Positions 38,184 through 49,349 of a DNA stretch of 64,000 bases are shown here, piece by piece. The first letter of the stretch is position 1. The number at the start of each line of letters is the position of its first letter. The position numbers and the translations under genes are program-made. The DNA is taken from IMG/VR virus record IMGVR_UViG_3300035681_000004; one strand, written 5' to 3'. The notes beneath the pieces were generated by a model. The model was not told where the DNA came from and searched no databases. It saw nothing but the letters and a program-made list of their open reading frames with translations. Origin of the DNA: an uncultured virus (IMG/VR IMGVR_UViG_3300035681_000004) (lineage: Duplodnaviria > Heunggongvirae > Uroviricota > Caudoviricetes).

Positions 38184-38930
38184 ATGTCCAGAGGCATCAT
38201 TTATCTCATTCTTAACAAGCAAACAGGTGAAAAATACGTCGGAAACACCACACTTGCGATGAATAAAGAATGGGTACACCACATAGACCGTTCCAAGAGA
38301 ATGTCTGCAGAACCCTTACATAAGGCATTTCGTCAGTATGGTGTGCATAACTTTATGATTAAAGAACTGGATGAATATGATGATACCTGTTTAGAGAGTA
38401 AACTGAATGAATGGATAGACAAATATAAACCTGAATACAATCCTATAAAAGAAAAAGAAATTATACAAGAGAAACCAAAACCTATTCCGACACCTGTTGT
38501 AAAAGAAAAAAGAAACTATAATGCAGATAACTTAAAACCATTCAATGAACACACTCGTGGTAATGGTAAACATCTTGGGTTAAAGATAAGAGGAAAGAAC
38601 TTACAAACTGGTGTGTGTAAAGACTATGATAGTGCAAGAGATGCGGCAATAGATGTGACAGGTAATCCGAATGCAAATGGAAATATACTAAATGCTGCCC
38701 GTAAGTACCGCATTGCCTATGGTCATCGGTGGCAGATCTTAGAAGACAAGAATAAGAAAAAAGCGGTATTTGGTGTCAGTAAAAAAACCGAACTCATTGA
38801 AGTTCGGTATGAATCAATTGCCGCTGCTGTGAGAGATCTTGGTGGCTCAGCATACAACACTGATATTGTAAGAAGTCTACGCAACCCTGGGCGTTATAGT
38901 TGGCGTGGTTACTTTTGGTTCTTTGGTTGA
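38184..38930 (+). CDS. GIY-YIG domain protein with NUMOD1-type DNA-binding repeats
   Basis: GIIYLILNKQTGEKYVGNT, plus YDSARDAA...AYGHRW and YESIAAAVRDL...WRGYFW repeats. It is the only credible + strand gene in the window. Confidence 0.8.
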   Translation: MSRGIIYLILNKQTGEKYVGNTTLAMNKEWVHHIDRSKRMSAEPLHKAFRQYGVHNFMIKELDEYDDTCLESKLNEWIDKYKPEYNPIKEKEIIQEKPKPIPTPVVKEKRNYNADNLKPFNEHTRGNGKHLGLKIRGKNLQTGVCKDYDSARDAAIDVTGNPNANGNILNAARKYRIAYGHRWQILEDKNKKKAVFGVSKKTELIEVRYESIAAAVRDLGGSAYNTDIVRSLRNPGRYSWRGYFWFFG

Positions 38931-38992
38931 AGTCGGGGCTTAAAGTTTCTCATACCCTTCGGTTCAACGATACCAAAGGTATCTATAAGAAT

Positions 38993-41900
38993 TCACTTTT
39001 TGACCTCTTGTGTCTTATACGGAACTCTACCAGTCTCGTTATACATCAGAATATCATACTTAAACTTACATTCCAGTGGTTTTTGATTGCACAGTTTTAG
39101 TGTTTCGTTAATTGTTGACTGATGTGTAATTGGACCAGAGAGTGTGTACCCAATGATTGCGGATAGAAGACAATAAACAGGTATCAGAATACTGGAAGTA
39201 TTTCTGAGTCTGTGTATCCTTGTTTCTTCACGTGTTGTTCCCATAATGATGCATCCTCAATGTTATAAAAAATTGCGGTTTGTTTGCTGATTTTGTTCTT
39301 CTTGGATTTGAAGTATACAACTTGGTATTTCATCGTCATTCCAATGCCTTATGACGCCTGCAATAATGAATAAGTTAGTAAGAAGATAAGTACCGAATAT
39401 AACAGTCCGTATACCAGCAATGTGATCTGATTCTCTGTCATTTTTCGTCGCTTTCTCTCCAATCGCTTTCGCCCACAGTCTCCACAACGTTTTTTTCTTC
39501 TTCATACACAGATTCTCTTGATTTGATATAAGTAAGTTCCTTCCACTGATTATTGTAACATAAAACCATCAAGCGATCATTGCGATGAATTGAACACGCT
39601 TCGTAATTCTCTTCATTCTTTGGTTTGACGCCTATCTCAATCGTAATGTATTCTTTATCCGTAAAGTACACCCAACCTTCAATATGAGGTTTCCATCTTA
39701 CATAATCATTGACCTGTGGTTGATAACTCATACAAATGCAGATTCAAGTGGAGTTTGCTTTGGAATCATTGCAGAATACGGAGTCGTGCTCTCTATGTCC
39801 ACCGATTGTCCAACACTTTTGGAGTTGATGGGGGAATAATAGGTTCTTGTTTTGGTATTATAGAATCCCCAGATACAACGAACCTCATCACCAAGATTGT
39901 AATCAAACCGACGCTGATAATGAATCCAGATAGCAATAACATTGCGTTTAAACTCTGTTTGCTCATAATACATTCCTTTCGGTGGTTTGTGGGGAAATTC
40001 AAGATTCACGGACAGCGCGAAGGTAGTTTGGATTGTATCCTCTTTCAAGATAGATTTGAAGTCTTTGATCACACTGCTCTTTCGTCAGTTGTTTTGCATC
40101 CTCTTCAATCAATTCCCAACCGTGAGAAAACATTTCTTCAATGCGATAGAGTTGCGTCACGTTGTAAATGCCTCCAGAATGCCAGACTCGTAATCATCCT
40201 GCAATGCAAACTTTTGAGCACTGACAACCTTTGGCATAATGCGATCTTGATACTTTTCATCAAACGATTGTTCCTCTGAAAGAAGAGTGAACGCTTCAGT
40301 ATCAGACTCAGCAATTAGATTAATGATTCCACCATACTCAGAAGATGGAAACGGAACCCAGTAATCAACAATATAAAGATATTTCATTGTATGAGATAAA
40401 TTACTCGGTCATTTTAGAAGAATGTTCAAGATTTGTCAACTGTCTCTTGAGTTCAGTCCGAATCGGAATCAAATGAGAATACAGAAATTGTTGATACTCA
40501 TTTCCTTCAAGTAAGGAGATAAGATTATCAACTTGTATCAATCCCAGAACCAATTTGTTTTGCGTGTTCATACAAACTCCTGAATGTAATAGTCTACAGT
40601 AATCTCCAATTCTGCTGCTTTTTGTTCATAAAAGAGATCAGTGTAATTTTTTGCTTCTTCCCACTTTTGAAATGAATCAATTTGCTCTTCAGAGTGTTTC
40701 ATAAAATCAGAGAATGCTTTCAGGAATTGAGTAATGTCTTCGTCGTTCATTTCAGTTGCTCTTGATTTGTTCCATAATAAGCATCAAACAACTTTTGGTC
40801 ACGTTGTGCAAGAAAAGCATTGTATCCAAAGAAAGCAATCAGAAACACAATACCAACAAAAATATACTTAGAGGAAAGGTTCATCCGCACTCCAGGTCGT
40901 AAGAAACAGCAAAAGTCATTTCAGCAATAATTTTTTGATTTAAGTTATAAACATCATAACGGATTTCTTTTGAAAGTTCATTCCAGTCAGAGTGCTTTGT
41001 AAGAATGTTTAGCATTGCACCCAATTCAGCAGTTGAAAATGCCATCAGCAGGCACCATAGAAAGGATTGCCAAGTTGAGGCAGATCGGAGTTGTCACCAG
41101 TTTCAGTGTAACCAAGCGCCAGACGCTCACGAATCGCAAGAGTCTTTTCAACGCGATTCAGAAACTTCTTGGAGATTTGGTCCACACCTTTCCAAGACAG
41201 AACCTGCAAGCACCACTCCTGACTGATGTCTCCATAGGGGGTCTTCACGGGATAGTATCCGACCAGCATGGTGCCGTCTTTGGACTGGAGAGTAGGGAAG
41301 GTGGTCATTGGGTGTCTCCCGATTACCTCTGTATTATAGGTCAGAAGGACGGCACCACGTCGTTGCGTAGGACAGTTCCTGAAGTGTCCATCTGCTCGAA
41401 TACCGTGTAAAGTTTGTTATACAGTGCTGGCACACTTCCATATTCCCGTGCAATTCTATTTTCCTCACGCAGATTCAGTTCCTGCAGCGCAGATAGAATC
41501 ACACCAATTTCGTGAACATTCAGTTGTACATTTGCTTCGATCATTGTCATCAATCCCAAGAAACGTTTTGAAGTAGAAAACCTGGCATCACCAGTGACCA
41601 AGCACCCTGCTCACCAGAACCAGCAACTTTATATTCCCACTTGTAGGCAAACTTATTATGACTATCCCAAGTCATAAAACCTTTCTCTTTATCAAACCAG
41701 GATTTAATGGTCAGACTAAACCGATTGGAGTAAATATTGCGAGTTCGCAATGCTCCACCAGATTCACGGGTTTCAACCACTTTGCAGGTATCAAATTGAG
41801 CCTGCAGACCTGAATCTAACGCACAGGGAGTTTCATACACAAATGGGCGATAAACTTTCGGTTTTGGTGCAGTCTGTGCCAACGCAGGAGAGGCAAACAG

Positions 41901-42767
41901 AAGAGCAGTCAGCAATAGAAGTTTTTTCATTCTTCAGATTCATCAAGTGCAAGTTCAAGATAATTGTATCCAATTGTCTTCCGTCCTTCATGAGTTGCAG
42001 TGTCAATTTTCACACCTTCGCCCATCAGTTTATCGATACGACGATTTGTTGCATCGTTCATTTTGGTTGTCCAATAGTAACTCATTTGATTCCTCCATTT
42101 TTGTTATATTCTATCATATATTTGCGAGCAGCGTAAGCCTCAAACTCAGTTGCAAATGATGCAATGGTTCTGTTGGTATCCGTCCAGACCAGATACCAAC
42201 GATTCGCAAACTGTTTGATAAAAATAGGTTTAGTATGAGTTGTCATAATCATCATCAAAAAACGATGCAACAAAGGAAATTGCAAGAAATAAGAAGAATA
42301 AGGATACAGCAGCAATTATGATTGTCATACAGAAAGACTCACATCAATCTCTTTGATATTCAGACCACACAGTTGCTCATAGACACGCTTGCAGATGATG
42401 TCAGTTGCTTTCTTTGCTTTGGACTTCTCATACCAGACGGTGCAGAGACCATCAAAGGTTTCAACACGAATGCGATAGTTTTTCATCAGTTTGGGAATTG
42501 AAGTTTGTACTTATCGATCAGAAGATCACGGACAAGTTCGCGGTCAACACTATCACCACAGAACTCTTGCCCTTTGATCTTAAGAATGCGAATCAGATCC
42601 TTTGTCGCTTTGCGAACAACGGTCAGAGTGGCACCCATCGGATAGATGCCATCTTTGCCATAGAAAGAAAGAACGTAATCGTAGAATTCAGTCATTTCAG
42701 TCCTCAGGATAGAGTTTCCAACCATCAGGGAGAATGCCCATTTCTTCACATCGCACCTCATAAACAA
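38993..42767 (-). other. Dense cluster of short hypothetical early/middle genes
   Basis: Tandem minus-strand ORFs, e.g. 39263-39505, 39438-39731, 39728-40009, 39999-40160, 40157-40387, 40568-40750, 41045-41308 and 41550-41930 (signal peptide), often with stop/start overlaps. Confidence 0.7.
40411..40439 (-). promoter_or_regulatory. Sigma70-type promoter
   Basis: TTGACA-17 nt-TAAAAT upstream of ORF 40157..40387. Confidence 0.7.
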
Positions 42768-42883
42768 TGCGTTTCAGAAGTTGCAGCGGCATTTCATTTT
42801 CAATCTTTTTCTGAATGGTGCGGCGGAGTTGTGCGTCCTGTGTAGTGTCGGTGACCATTGCGGTTCCCTTGATTACCTTCTTA

Positions 42884-43462
42884 TTATAGGGGAAGAACTG
42901 CCTCGCTGCTAGTTGTCTGTGCCAGTTTGGAAGGTGGCACAGTGAGTTCTTCCATTATGATTTGTTTTGGTAGAAAGTTCCAACAGTAATAACTGCTGCT
43001 GAACGTGATCTTATCATTTGGACGACCATCAGGACTATGAAACTTCATTCGCTTATCAAACATCAGTAACTGCAGATCCTTGTCCTTAAACAGTTGCTTT
43101 GGTGCAGAATCATTTAACCAAGTATTGGTCATAATCAGAGCAAATGGTTTGCCAAATGATAGTGCTCGCTCAAAGAACTTTCGCTTGTTTGTAAATGGTG
43201 GATTAGATACAATCACATCCCATTCAAAGTTTGGATCATATGTTAGAAAGTCTTGACCCGTTGAAATGTGTGTTGAAATGACTAAATTTTGTGCTCCAAT
43301 CTGCTTGACAAATTCACTCTCTTTGGTATCAAATGGGCACCATACCTTTGCATCTTTAGGAATATATTTGAGAATGGGTGCTACACCGTAGTTTGGTGTG
43401 TAACATTCATCATTATTTCCTTCAGAATACATCAGTTTGCTGCTGTTCAGGTTCTTAACCAT
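42884..43462 (-). CDS. Orphan N6-adenine DNA methyltransferase
   Basis: DECYTP (motif X), VWCPFD (motif I variant), GQDF and IVSNPPF (catalytic motif IV). Confidence 0.75.
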   Translation of the reverse strand: MVKNLNSSKLMYSEGNNDECYTPNYGVAPILKYIPKDAKVWCPFDTKESEFVKQIGAQNLVISTHISTGQDFLTYDPNFEWDVIVSNPPFTNKRKFFERALSFGKPFALIMTNTWLNDSAPKQLFKDKDLQLLMFDKRMKFHSPDGRPNDKITFSSSYYCWNFLPKQIIMEELTVPPSKLAQTTSSEAVLPL

Positions 43463-43463
43463 C

Positions 43464-43940
43464 TCATACCACCATCAAACGATTTGGAAGATATTTTATC
43501 ACATCCTCCTGCAATTCACAACCATTCTTTTCAGACAGATACTCGATGTATAGGGTTTCTTCCTGCTCCCGTGCCTCTATTTCGTGTGGTTGATGCCAAT
43601 AGTCGTACTTTTCGACAGGTTCTTTAGAATAACACAATTTTCCGTATCGGAACCGCAGCGAACCGACTACCCACTGGCGCAGGTGGACCAGTTCGTGCAA
43701 AAGAGTTTTTATATACAACTCCTCATCCATATGGGTGTTGAGTTCAATCAGAAACTCACGTGGACGACGTGATTCTCCCACATAATCACAATAACCATAA
43801 ACCTGCTCACGACGCAGACCACGATGGAGAATCTCCACCTCAATCTTATGGCGTGGCAGAAACCTATTCAGAAACCAAGTGGTAACGTCCTCACAGAGGC
43901 GTTTAGAATAACCGTATCCAGAAATTTGAACGTAAGACAT
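43464..43940 (-). CDS. SprT-like zinc metallopeptidase
   Basis: TLLHELVHLRQW (HExxH) and PHEIEA. Confidence 0.7.
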   Translation of the reverse strand: MSYVQISGYGYSKRLCEDVTTWFLNRFLPRHKIEVEILHRGLRREQVYGYCDYVGESRRPREFLIELNTHMDEELYIKTLLHELVHLRQWVVGSLRFRYGKLCYSKEPVEKYDYWHQPHEIEAREQEETLYIEYLSEKNGCELQEDVIKYLPNRLMVV

Positions 43941-44074
43941 TGACCCCAGTGCAAAAACCAAAGGAATGATGAAATAAAGATCAGTTTGTCAGTCGTAGTC
44001 ATCAGGTGTTTCAATTAACTTTCCAACGATTACTGCAACAGGAATAGAAAGTAAAATCCATAAAAGTATCCAAG

Positions 44075-44302
44075 TCATCGGGCAATGATGTCCAGAGATT
44101 CCAACAGCATCATAGCAAGTTCCACCTGGTTGTCCTCATCAACCACAGGGATGTTGGCATCCACAAACTCACTTGCAAGTTCGTGAAGCAACTCACACAT
44201 TCTCTCATCGGCGTGTGCAAAGGTAGCAAACTCAGACTTGAAACCGTTGCACAGAAGGCGCAGAGACTTGGTAACGGTCAGGTTGTTGATGGTGTCGTTC
44301 AT
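44075..44302 (-). CDS. Early hypothetical protein
   Basis: MNDTINNLTVTKSLRLL..., downstream of the promoter cassette at 44362. Confidence 0.6.
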   Translation of the reverse strand: MNDTINNLTVTKSLRLLCNGFKSEFATFAHADERMCELLHELASEFVDANIPVVDEDNQVELAMMLLESLDIIAR

Positions 44303-44382
44303 TGCGGGTGTGTTGAACATAAGGTTATTATAGGGCATCTGGGGTGCTGTGAAGCACCCCCTGTGCCAGTTGTTGAAGTGGA

Positions 44383-44814
44383 TCAACGCAGGTACAAATA
44401 AGAACCTGCCCAGTCAGCATGTTGAAGCAACCATTCACGCTGCTCAATAATGCGAAGATCGTAGCGAACACCTTTGGCAGGTGCTTTCCAACTAGCAGAC
44501 TTATAAACTTGACCAGTCTTCTTATCCACAAAAGCGTGAACAGAACGGGAACCGTTCGCATTCATAATGATTTTGTGATACTTACGACCCGTTTCAGGGT
44601 AGAACTCATAATCACAAGTGCCTTCCTTCAGTTTAGCAATACAAGCATCGTGATACTCTTCATTTTCAGTACGAAGTGCGTGAGACCGAATGCTGTAATC
44701 GATGTAGTTCTGGCGCAGTGCCTCACAGAGAGCATAGGTATGCCCCAGAACAGCAGCAGCGATGTCCTTCCGCGCTTCAGCAGCGGCAGCGTAGTCGGCA
44801 AAGGTAGTGGTCAT
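44383..44814 (-). CDS. Conserved phage hypothetical protein
   Basis: GRKYHKII...SVHAFVDKKTGQVYKSASWKAPAKGVRY, with its own early promoter. Confidence 0.75.
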   Translation of the reverse strand: MTTTFADYAAAAEARKDIAAAVLGHTYALCEALRQNYIDYSIRSHALRTENEEYHDACIAKLKEGTCDYEFYPETGRKYHKIIMNANGSRSVHAFVDKKTGQVYKSASWKAPAKGVRYDLRIIEQREWLLQHADWAGSYLYLR

Positions 44815-45061
44815 TGCTTGGTTGCGTATGAACGTATTATAGCGGCATCTAGGCGCCGCTGAGAGGGTCAGTATGCCAGTTCAGAATCTGGCACCCAGTA
44901 GTCGTCATTCTCCAAGTATCCCATCCAATCTTGGGGGTCAGACTCATACATTGCGATTTCCCGCAGTTCATCAATCAGTTCAGACAGATCCATAAGAAAC
45001 CCTCAGATACTTGAGTATTATAGCAGAAAACCCGCCTTGTGGGCGGGTCTTGTGCCAGTTT

Positions 45062-45496
45062 TCAGACTGCCAGTGCGGCAGAAGGAATCTCTACAACTTC
45101 AGGCAGTTTGCTGTCATCAAACTGGTGCATATCATAGCACACCCACTCACCAGCACGGAAGACGTAAGCATACTCTTCACTGTTATTGGGCAGAAGATAT
45201 TCACACAGGTCAGCATCAAGGCGAGGAGGGCAATTCTCACCGCGCTGAGAGTAGTATTGAGGACCATATTCCTCAACCTTATTAGGATAAGAACCCCAAC
45301 GGTCTCCAGTCCAACGCTCATTAGTCCAACAAGTGCTCATATCGCCACCATCAATCAGTTCGGCAGCAAGTTCTTTGCTATTATAGTGTGTCTTCAGGAT
45401 GCGACCCAACCATTCGGGATAACCATCCCAGTGGTGGTAGGAAGACAGGATAGAACCATCAGCAAGTTCAAGACCGATGCGAGCGCGGGTTGCCAT
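45062..45496 (-). CDS. Conserved phage hypothetical protein
   Basis: MATRARIG...YHHWDGYPEWLG...EYAYVF, with its own early promoter. Confidence 0.75.
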   Translation of the reverse strand: MATRARIGLELADGSILSSYHHWDGYPEWLGRILKTHYNSKELAAELIDGGDMSTCWTNERWTGDRWGSYPNKVEEYGPQYYSQRGENCPPRLDADLCEYLLPNNSEEYAYVFRAGEWVCYDMHQFDDSKLPEVVEIPSAALAV

Positions 45497-45579
45497 GAGG
45501 CGTTTCGTCGATTACCCACATATTATAAGGGGTCCCCAGTGCCCCGAGAACCCCCTGTGTGCCAGTTTTTCAACTGTCC

Positions 45580-45792
45580 TCAGTCGTCATAAACTCTACA
45601 CTCTAATGCGTTAGGATTGGCATCACAATAAAGTTCCAGAGGAGTAGGGTCGTGCGAATCTTCTGGATGATGCTCTTTATAAACTTTAAGAGCTTCCAAT
45701 TCTTCTTCTGTATGTCTCCGTGCCTGTGGAGAAATTGTTGGGTCATTCAAAAGTTCTACGTCTTTTTGAATGTGTTGATCGATATTGTCCAT
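45580..45792 (-). CDS. cp12: CP12 Calvin-cycle inhibitor
   Basis: C-terminal LELYCDANPNALECRVYDD; late promoter AATAAATA at 45814-45821. Confidence 0.9.
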   Translation of the reverse strand: MDNIDQHIQKDVELLNDPTISPQARRHTEEELEALKVYKEHHPEDSHDPTPLELYCDANPNALECRVYDD

Positions 45793-45812
45793 TGGAATAC
45801 AAAACGTTAAGG

Positions 45813-46439
45813 TTATTTATTGGAAAATAAAAAGTTATTAATATATTCGTCAGCAAAATCTTTATTAAAATATGATTTTAAAATTCCATATGCTGGATCA
45901 TTGGTTTTCATATAAGAATTATATTCATTTTGTTGTTGCTCAAATGTAATAATATTCTTTTCTTCAGAATATAAACATTTTTTATATTGATGCAGAAAAC
46001 ATTTTAACATTATTTGGTATTCATCATAAAAGTCTTCTGTTTCTCTTCTAACCCAGAGTTTCTCGGAGAAAAATTTATTTAAATCATAAACATTAGTTCT
46101 AATTTCTTTCTTATCTGGAAATATGTCTAAAAATTTTAAATATTTTTTATTATCTGTAATTGGGTGAAAATCAATTGCCCCAAAATACCTCTTGGAACCT
46201 ATTTTAAGATATTCTGTACCAAAAATTGGAGTTTCATAATGAAAATCTGGATAAATGACTAGACTTTCGGCATAAAATTTAGATTCAACTTCAAATTTAC
46301 AAAATCTTATCTTATGACATCGTTCTGAATCACAGATATAGGATTTTAAAGATAAATGATTTTTCTTTAAATTTGTTTTTACGATTACATTGGTCAATTC
46401 AAAAAATTCAGCAACAATATGATCAATCATTTTACTCAC
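45813..46439 (-). CDS. Ferredoxin-dependent bilin reductase (PebA/PebS-like)
   Basis: VIYPDFHYETPIFG...AIDFHP...YDLNKFFS...QQNEYNSYMKTNDPAYGILKSYFNKDFADEYINNFLF. Confidence 0.75.
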   Translation of the reverse strand: MSKMIDHIVAEFFELTNVIVKTNLKKNHLSLKSYICDSERCHKIRFCKFEVESKFYAESLVIYPDFHYETPIFGTEYLKIGSKRYFGAIDFHPITDNKKYLKFLDIFPDKKEIRTNVYDLNKFFSEKLWVRRETEDFYDEYQIMLKCFLHQYKKCLYSEEKNIITFEQQQNEYNSYMKTNDPAYGILKSYFNKDFADEYINNFLFSNK

Positions 46440-49259
46440 TTAAAGAAGATCCTCTCCAATTTTTAGGTGGTGGTGGGTCACACTTACCTTCAAGTGAACG
46501 AACCATTAACTCAGCAAACTTTTCCATTTTTTCTGCAGAAACTGTTTGTGGAGCATAACTAATTGCCTCTTTGAGAGCAACAAGTTCATCCCATTCTTCT
46601 TTTGTAAGAACTTCAGTGCCAGTTTTTGCGAGAGTCATACTTTCCTTGCGTTGTGTCCCAATATTAGCATTCCAATACATTACTATCTAGAAACTTAATG
46701 TTTTCTTTGGGATCACGTTACATTACTTAATGAAATTATCAAGATTGTCTAGATCATCTCTGAGTTCTTTCTCTTTTTTCTGATCGTGGTAATAAGACCA
46801 AAGAGCATTGTGAATATCCATCAGATGATCAACCCAGAAACCTGTAGGGTAGATTCCAAGTGTATCTTGAAGACCACGATGACTAGTTCCTTGTTCTTCT
46901 GCTTTACACATAATGTAGCAGATTGCCTGGACCATATCAAGTTTGTCTTCTTCAGAAAGCATAAAATACTTTCCTACTGCTCGTTGTTTTGCCTCTTCAT
47001 TTGCTTTTTGAAGTTGCTTACAAGCATCAGAATCCCACCATTCTTGCCAAGAATTTTTCTTTTCAGTCATCTTTACCAAAGATAGTGCCAAAGAAACCAG
47101 AGTCACCTGGTTTTCGATTCTCCAATTTATCAAGAATCGCATCAGTACTTTGAAGTGATTCAATGCGATGAATAAGGTCTGCGATTACACTACAAACCAT
47201 CGGGCGTTCTTGACGGGCAGCGTATGCTAATGCATTACGCAGTGCTCCTTCTGCCTCTTTCAGTGATTCTTCAACAGATTGTGATAATGCCATTACTTAA
47301 CCTCACTTTTAAACAAATTGTGATAATAAAGAATATCTGGATTCTCTAAATCTTTACAACGGGGATAATAGATGCCGTCTTTATAACAACCATCTTTTGG
47401 ATCTTGTTTATCGTATTTTAACACATAATTGGGTGGTTGTCTAAAATTGCAGAGTTCTCCTTGTTTTGTCATAAAGTTTTCAAAACAAAGTCCAGCAACA
47501 AATGGAGCAAGAAATTGAAGTGTATACATCAACACTCATCCATTCTAATTGCCTTAGGAACTTTTTCAAGGCGATAAGAACCATCACCTAGATCCACCCA
47601 CTCAATTTCATCACCTTCTTTCAGATTTACTGCTTCCAGAAGATCTTCAGGAAACGTTATGCAATATTCATCTTGATCAGTGTCTTCATCTCTAACTTCT
47701 TCAACAGGAAGAACCCATTTTTTGACTTTATCCTGTTTCATCACAATTTTCTCATCAGATCCTACTTTGCGTTTGGTGACTGTTTTTCCACCATCGGGAG
47801 ACTCATAAACCCATCCCGATTCAACTTTTAAACGAGTTGAATCATTTCTGGATACTTCTGGGTCTGGTGTCCACTCATATCCACCCGATTCACGAATTGT
47901 CTCAATTTCTTTATCAATATCTCTTTGAGTAGCACTTGGTCGAACGTTTTTATAATATTCCTCTGGATAATAAGTTTCTTCCCAGAAATCATTCCAAGCA
48001 TTTTGACATTCTGGGGATTTATCGTCTTTGTCGCAAGATAGGGGTTTATCTTTGTTTGCAATTAGATACTCAAGATCACTATGACCCCAAGGACGCATAC
48101 CATCATCCACACTTTCATCTTTCACAGGACGATGACCACTCAGAAGTTCCAGAAGTCCAGAAGCACGACTAATACAATCTTTATGATAATAATAATCTTC
48201 ACGAACTGCTTCACGGATCGCAGAATAAATTTCGTGCGGTGAAGCATCACTATTCATCGCATCGTGAACCCACTCTTGGAGTTTTTCAAGCGAATACTTT
48301 TTGTAATCAGAGGTCATTGAGGTAGTCTTTGATTGCTTGTTCCATAATAACCTGAATCTCCTTGGAAGTCAACCCATTCAACCAAGACCAATTTGGGTCT
48401 TCCTTGTCCCATCCCATTGTATAAGACCCATCTTCATTTTGTGTTATCTTAAGACTATCAGCATTCATCGCAGTCAGTATCCTTGTGTTTCTTACGAATT
48501 TTTTTAAGTTGTTTCAGTTCTTCCTTAATCATCTTATAAGCAGTTTCAGAGTCAATCTTATCACCCAACTCAAGGGCAATAATAATATCTACTCGGGTAC
48601 CAAAATGTGCGAGTGCTTTTTCAAAACAATCTAAATCATACATCGTAATCAATCCTACAACGTTCGGCAAGAATATCTATACGAGCATCCAAAGAGTTCT
48701 CCATACGATAGAGTTCGTTGGTCAGTTCCACATTTTCTTCTTCCAACTTTCTAACTTTATCTTCAAGTTCAACCAGACGATCATAAACATCGTCCATAGG
48801 AACATTTGGTTTAAGTCCCCATTTTTTATGAAACCAATAAGGATCACTCATAATACACCAACCTCTTTCAAATAGTTTCTATATCTCATAAAACGATTCC
48901 AGTTTGGTTGACCCTGAACATCCAATTGATGACAGATTTCACAGTAGCAGAGCCACTCATACCAAGGAGTTGTAGGATCTAATACGTGATATGGATAATC
49001 AGAGTTTTCCACCTACTTCCGACTCATAAGTTTTGGATTCAGTGAAACCTTCCTGCCGTCCTTTAAGATAAAAATGTGTCGCTGAGATACACTGCTGTTC
49101 AGTGAGAGACGTGATAAGTCCGTTTCCATCTTTATCAGTTGAATACCATAGTCCATACTTTTTTTGTTCAACGTAGAAGACATCATCAATTAGTTTCTTT
49201 TCCATCTTTCTTAATATCAGGATGGGGAGCATAGAGTGGACCTTCATAATTGCCAGCAA
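46432..49259 (-). other. Cluster of conserved cyanophage hypothetical genes
   Basis: Tandem ORFs 46432-46638, 46723-47070, 47063-47293, 47293-47529, 48458-48641, 48636-48851 and 48999-49205. Confidence 0.7.
47529..48317 (-). CDS. Hypothetical protein with a C-terminal AbrB-like domain
   Basis: C-terminal WVLPVEE...ITFPEDLLEAVNLKEGDEIEWVDLGDGSYRLEK. Confidence 0.65.
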   Translation of the reverse strand: MTSDYKKYSLEKLQEWVHDAMNSDASPHEIYSAIREAVREDYYYHKDCISRASGLLELLSGHRPVKDESVDDGMRPWGHSDLEYLIANKDKPLSCDKDDKSPECQNAWNDFWEETYYPEEYYKNVRPSATQRDIDKEIETIRESGGYEWTPDPEVSRNDSTRLKVESGWVYESPDGGKTVTKRKVGSDEKIVMKQDKVKKWVLPVEEVRDEDTDQDEYCITFPEDLLEAVNLKEGDEIEWVDLGDGSYRLEKVPKAIRMDEC

Positions 49260-49349
49260 ACTTGGTCAGTTCTTGAATAGCAGTTACAACTTCTTGAGTT
49301 TCTTCCCATTCAAAAGTAGTTCCTGATTTTGTAGTATAAGTGCGTGTTG

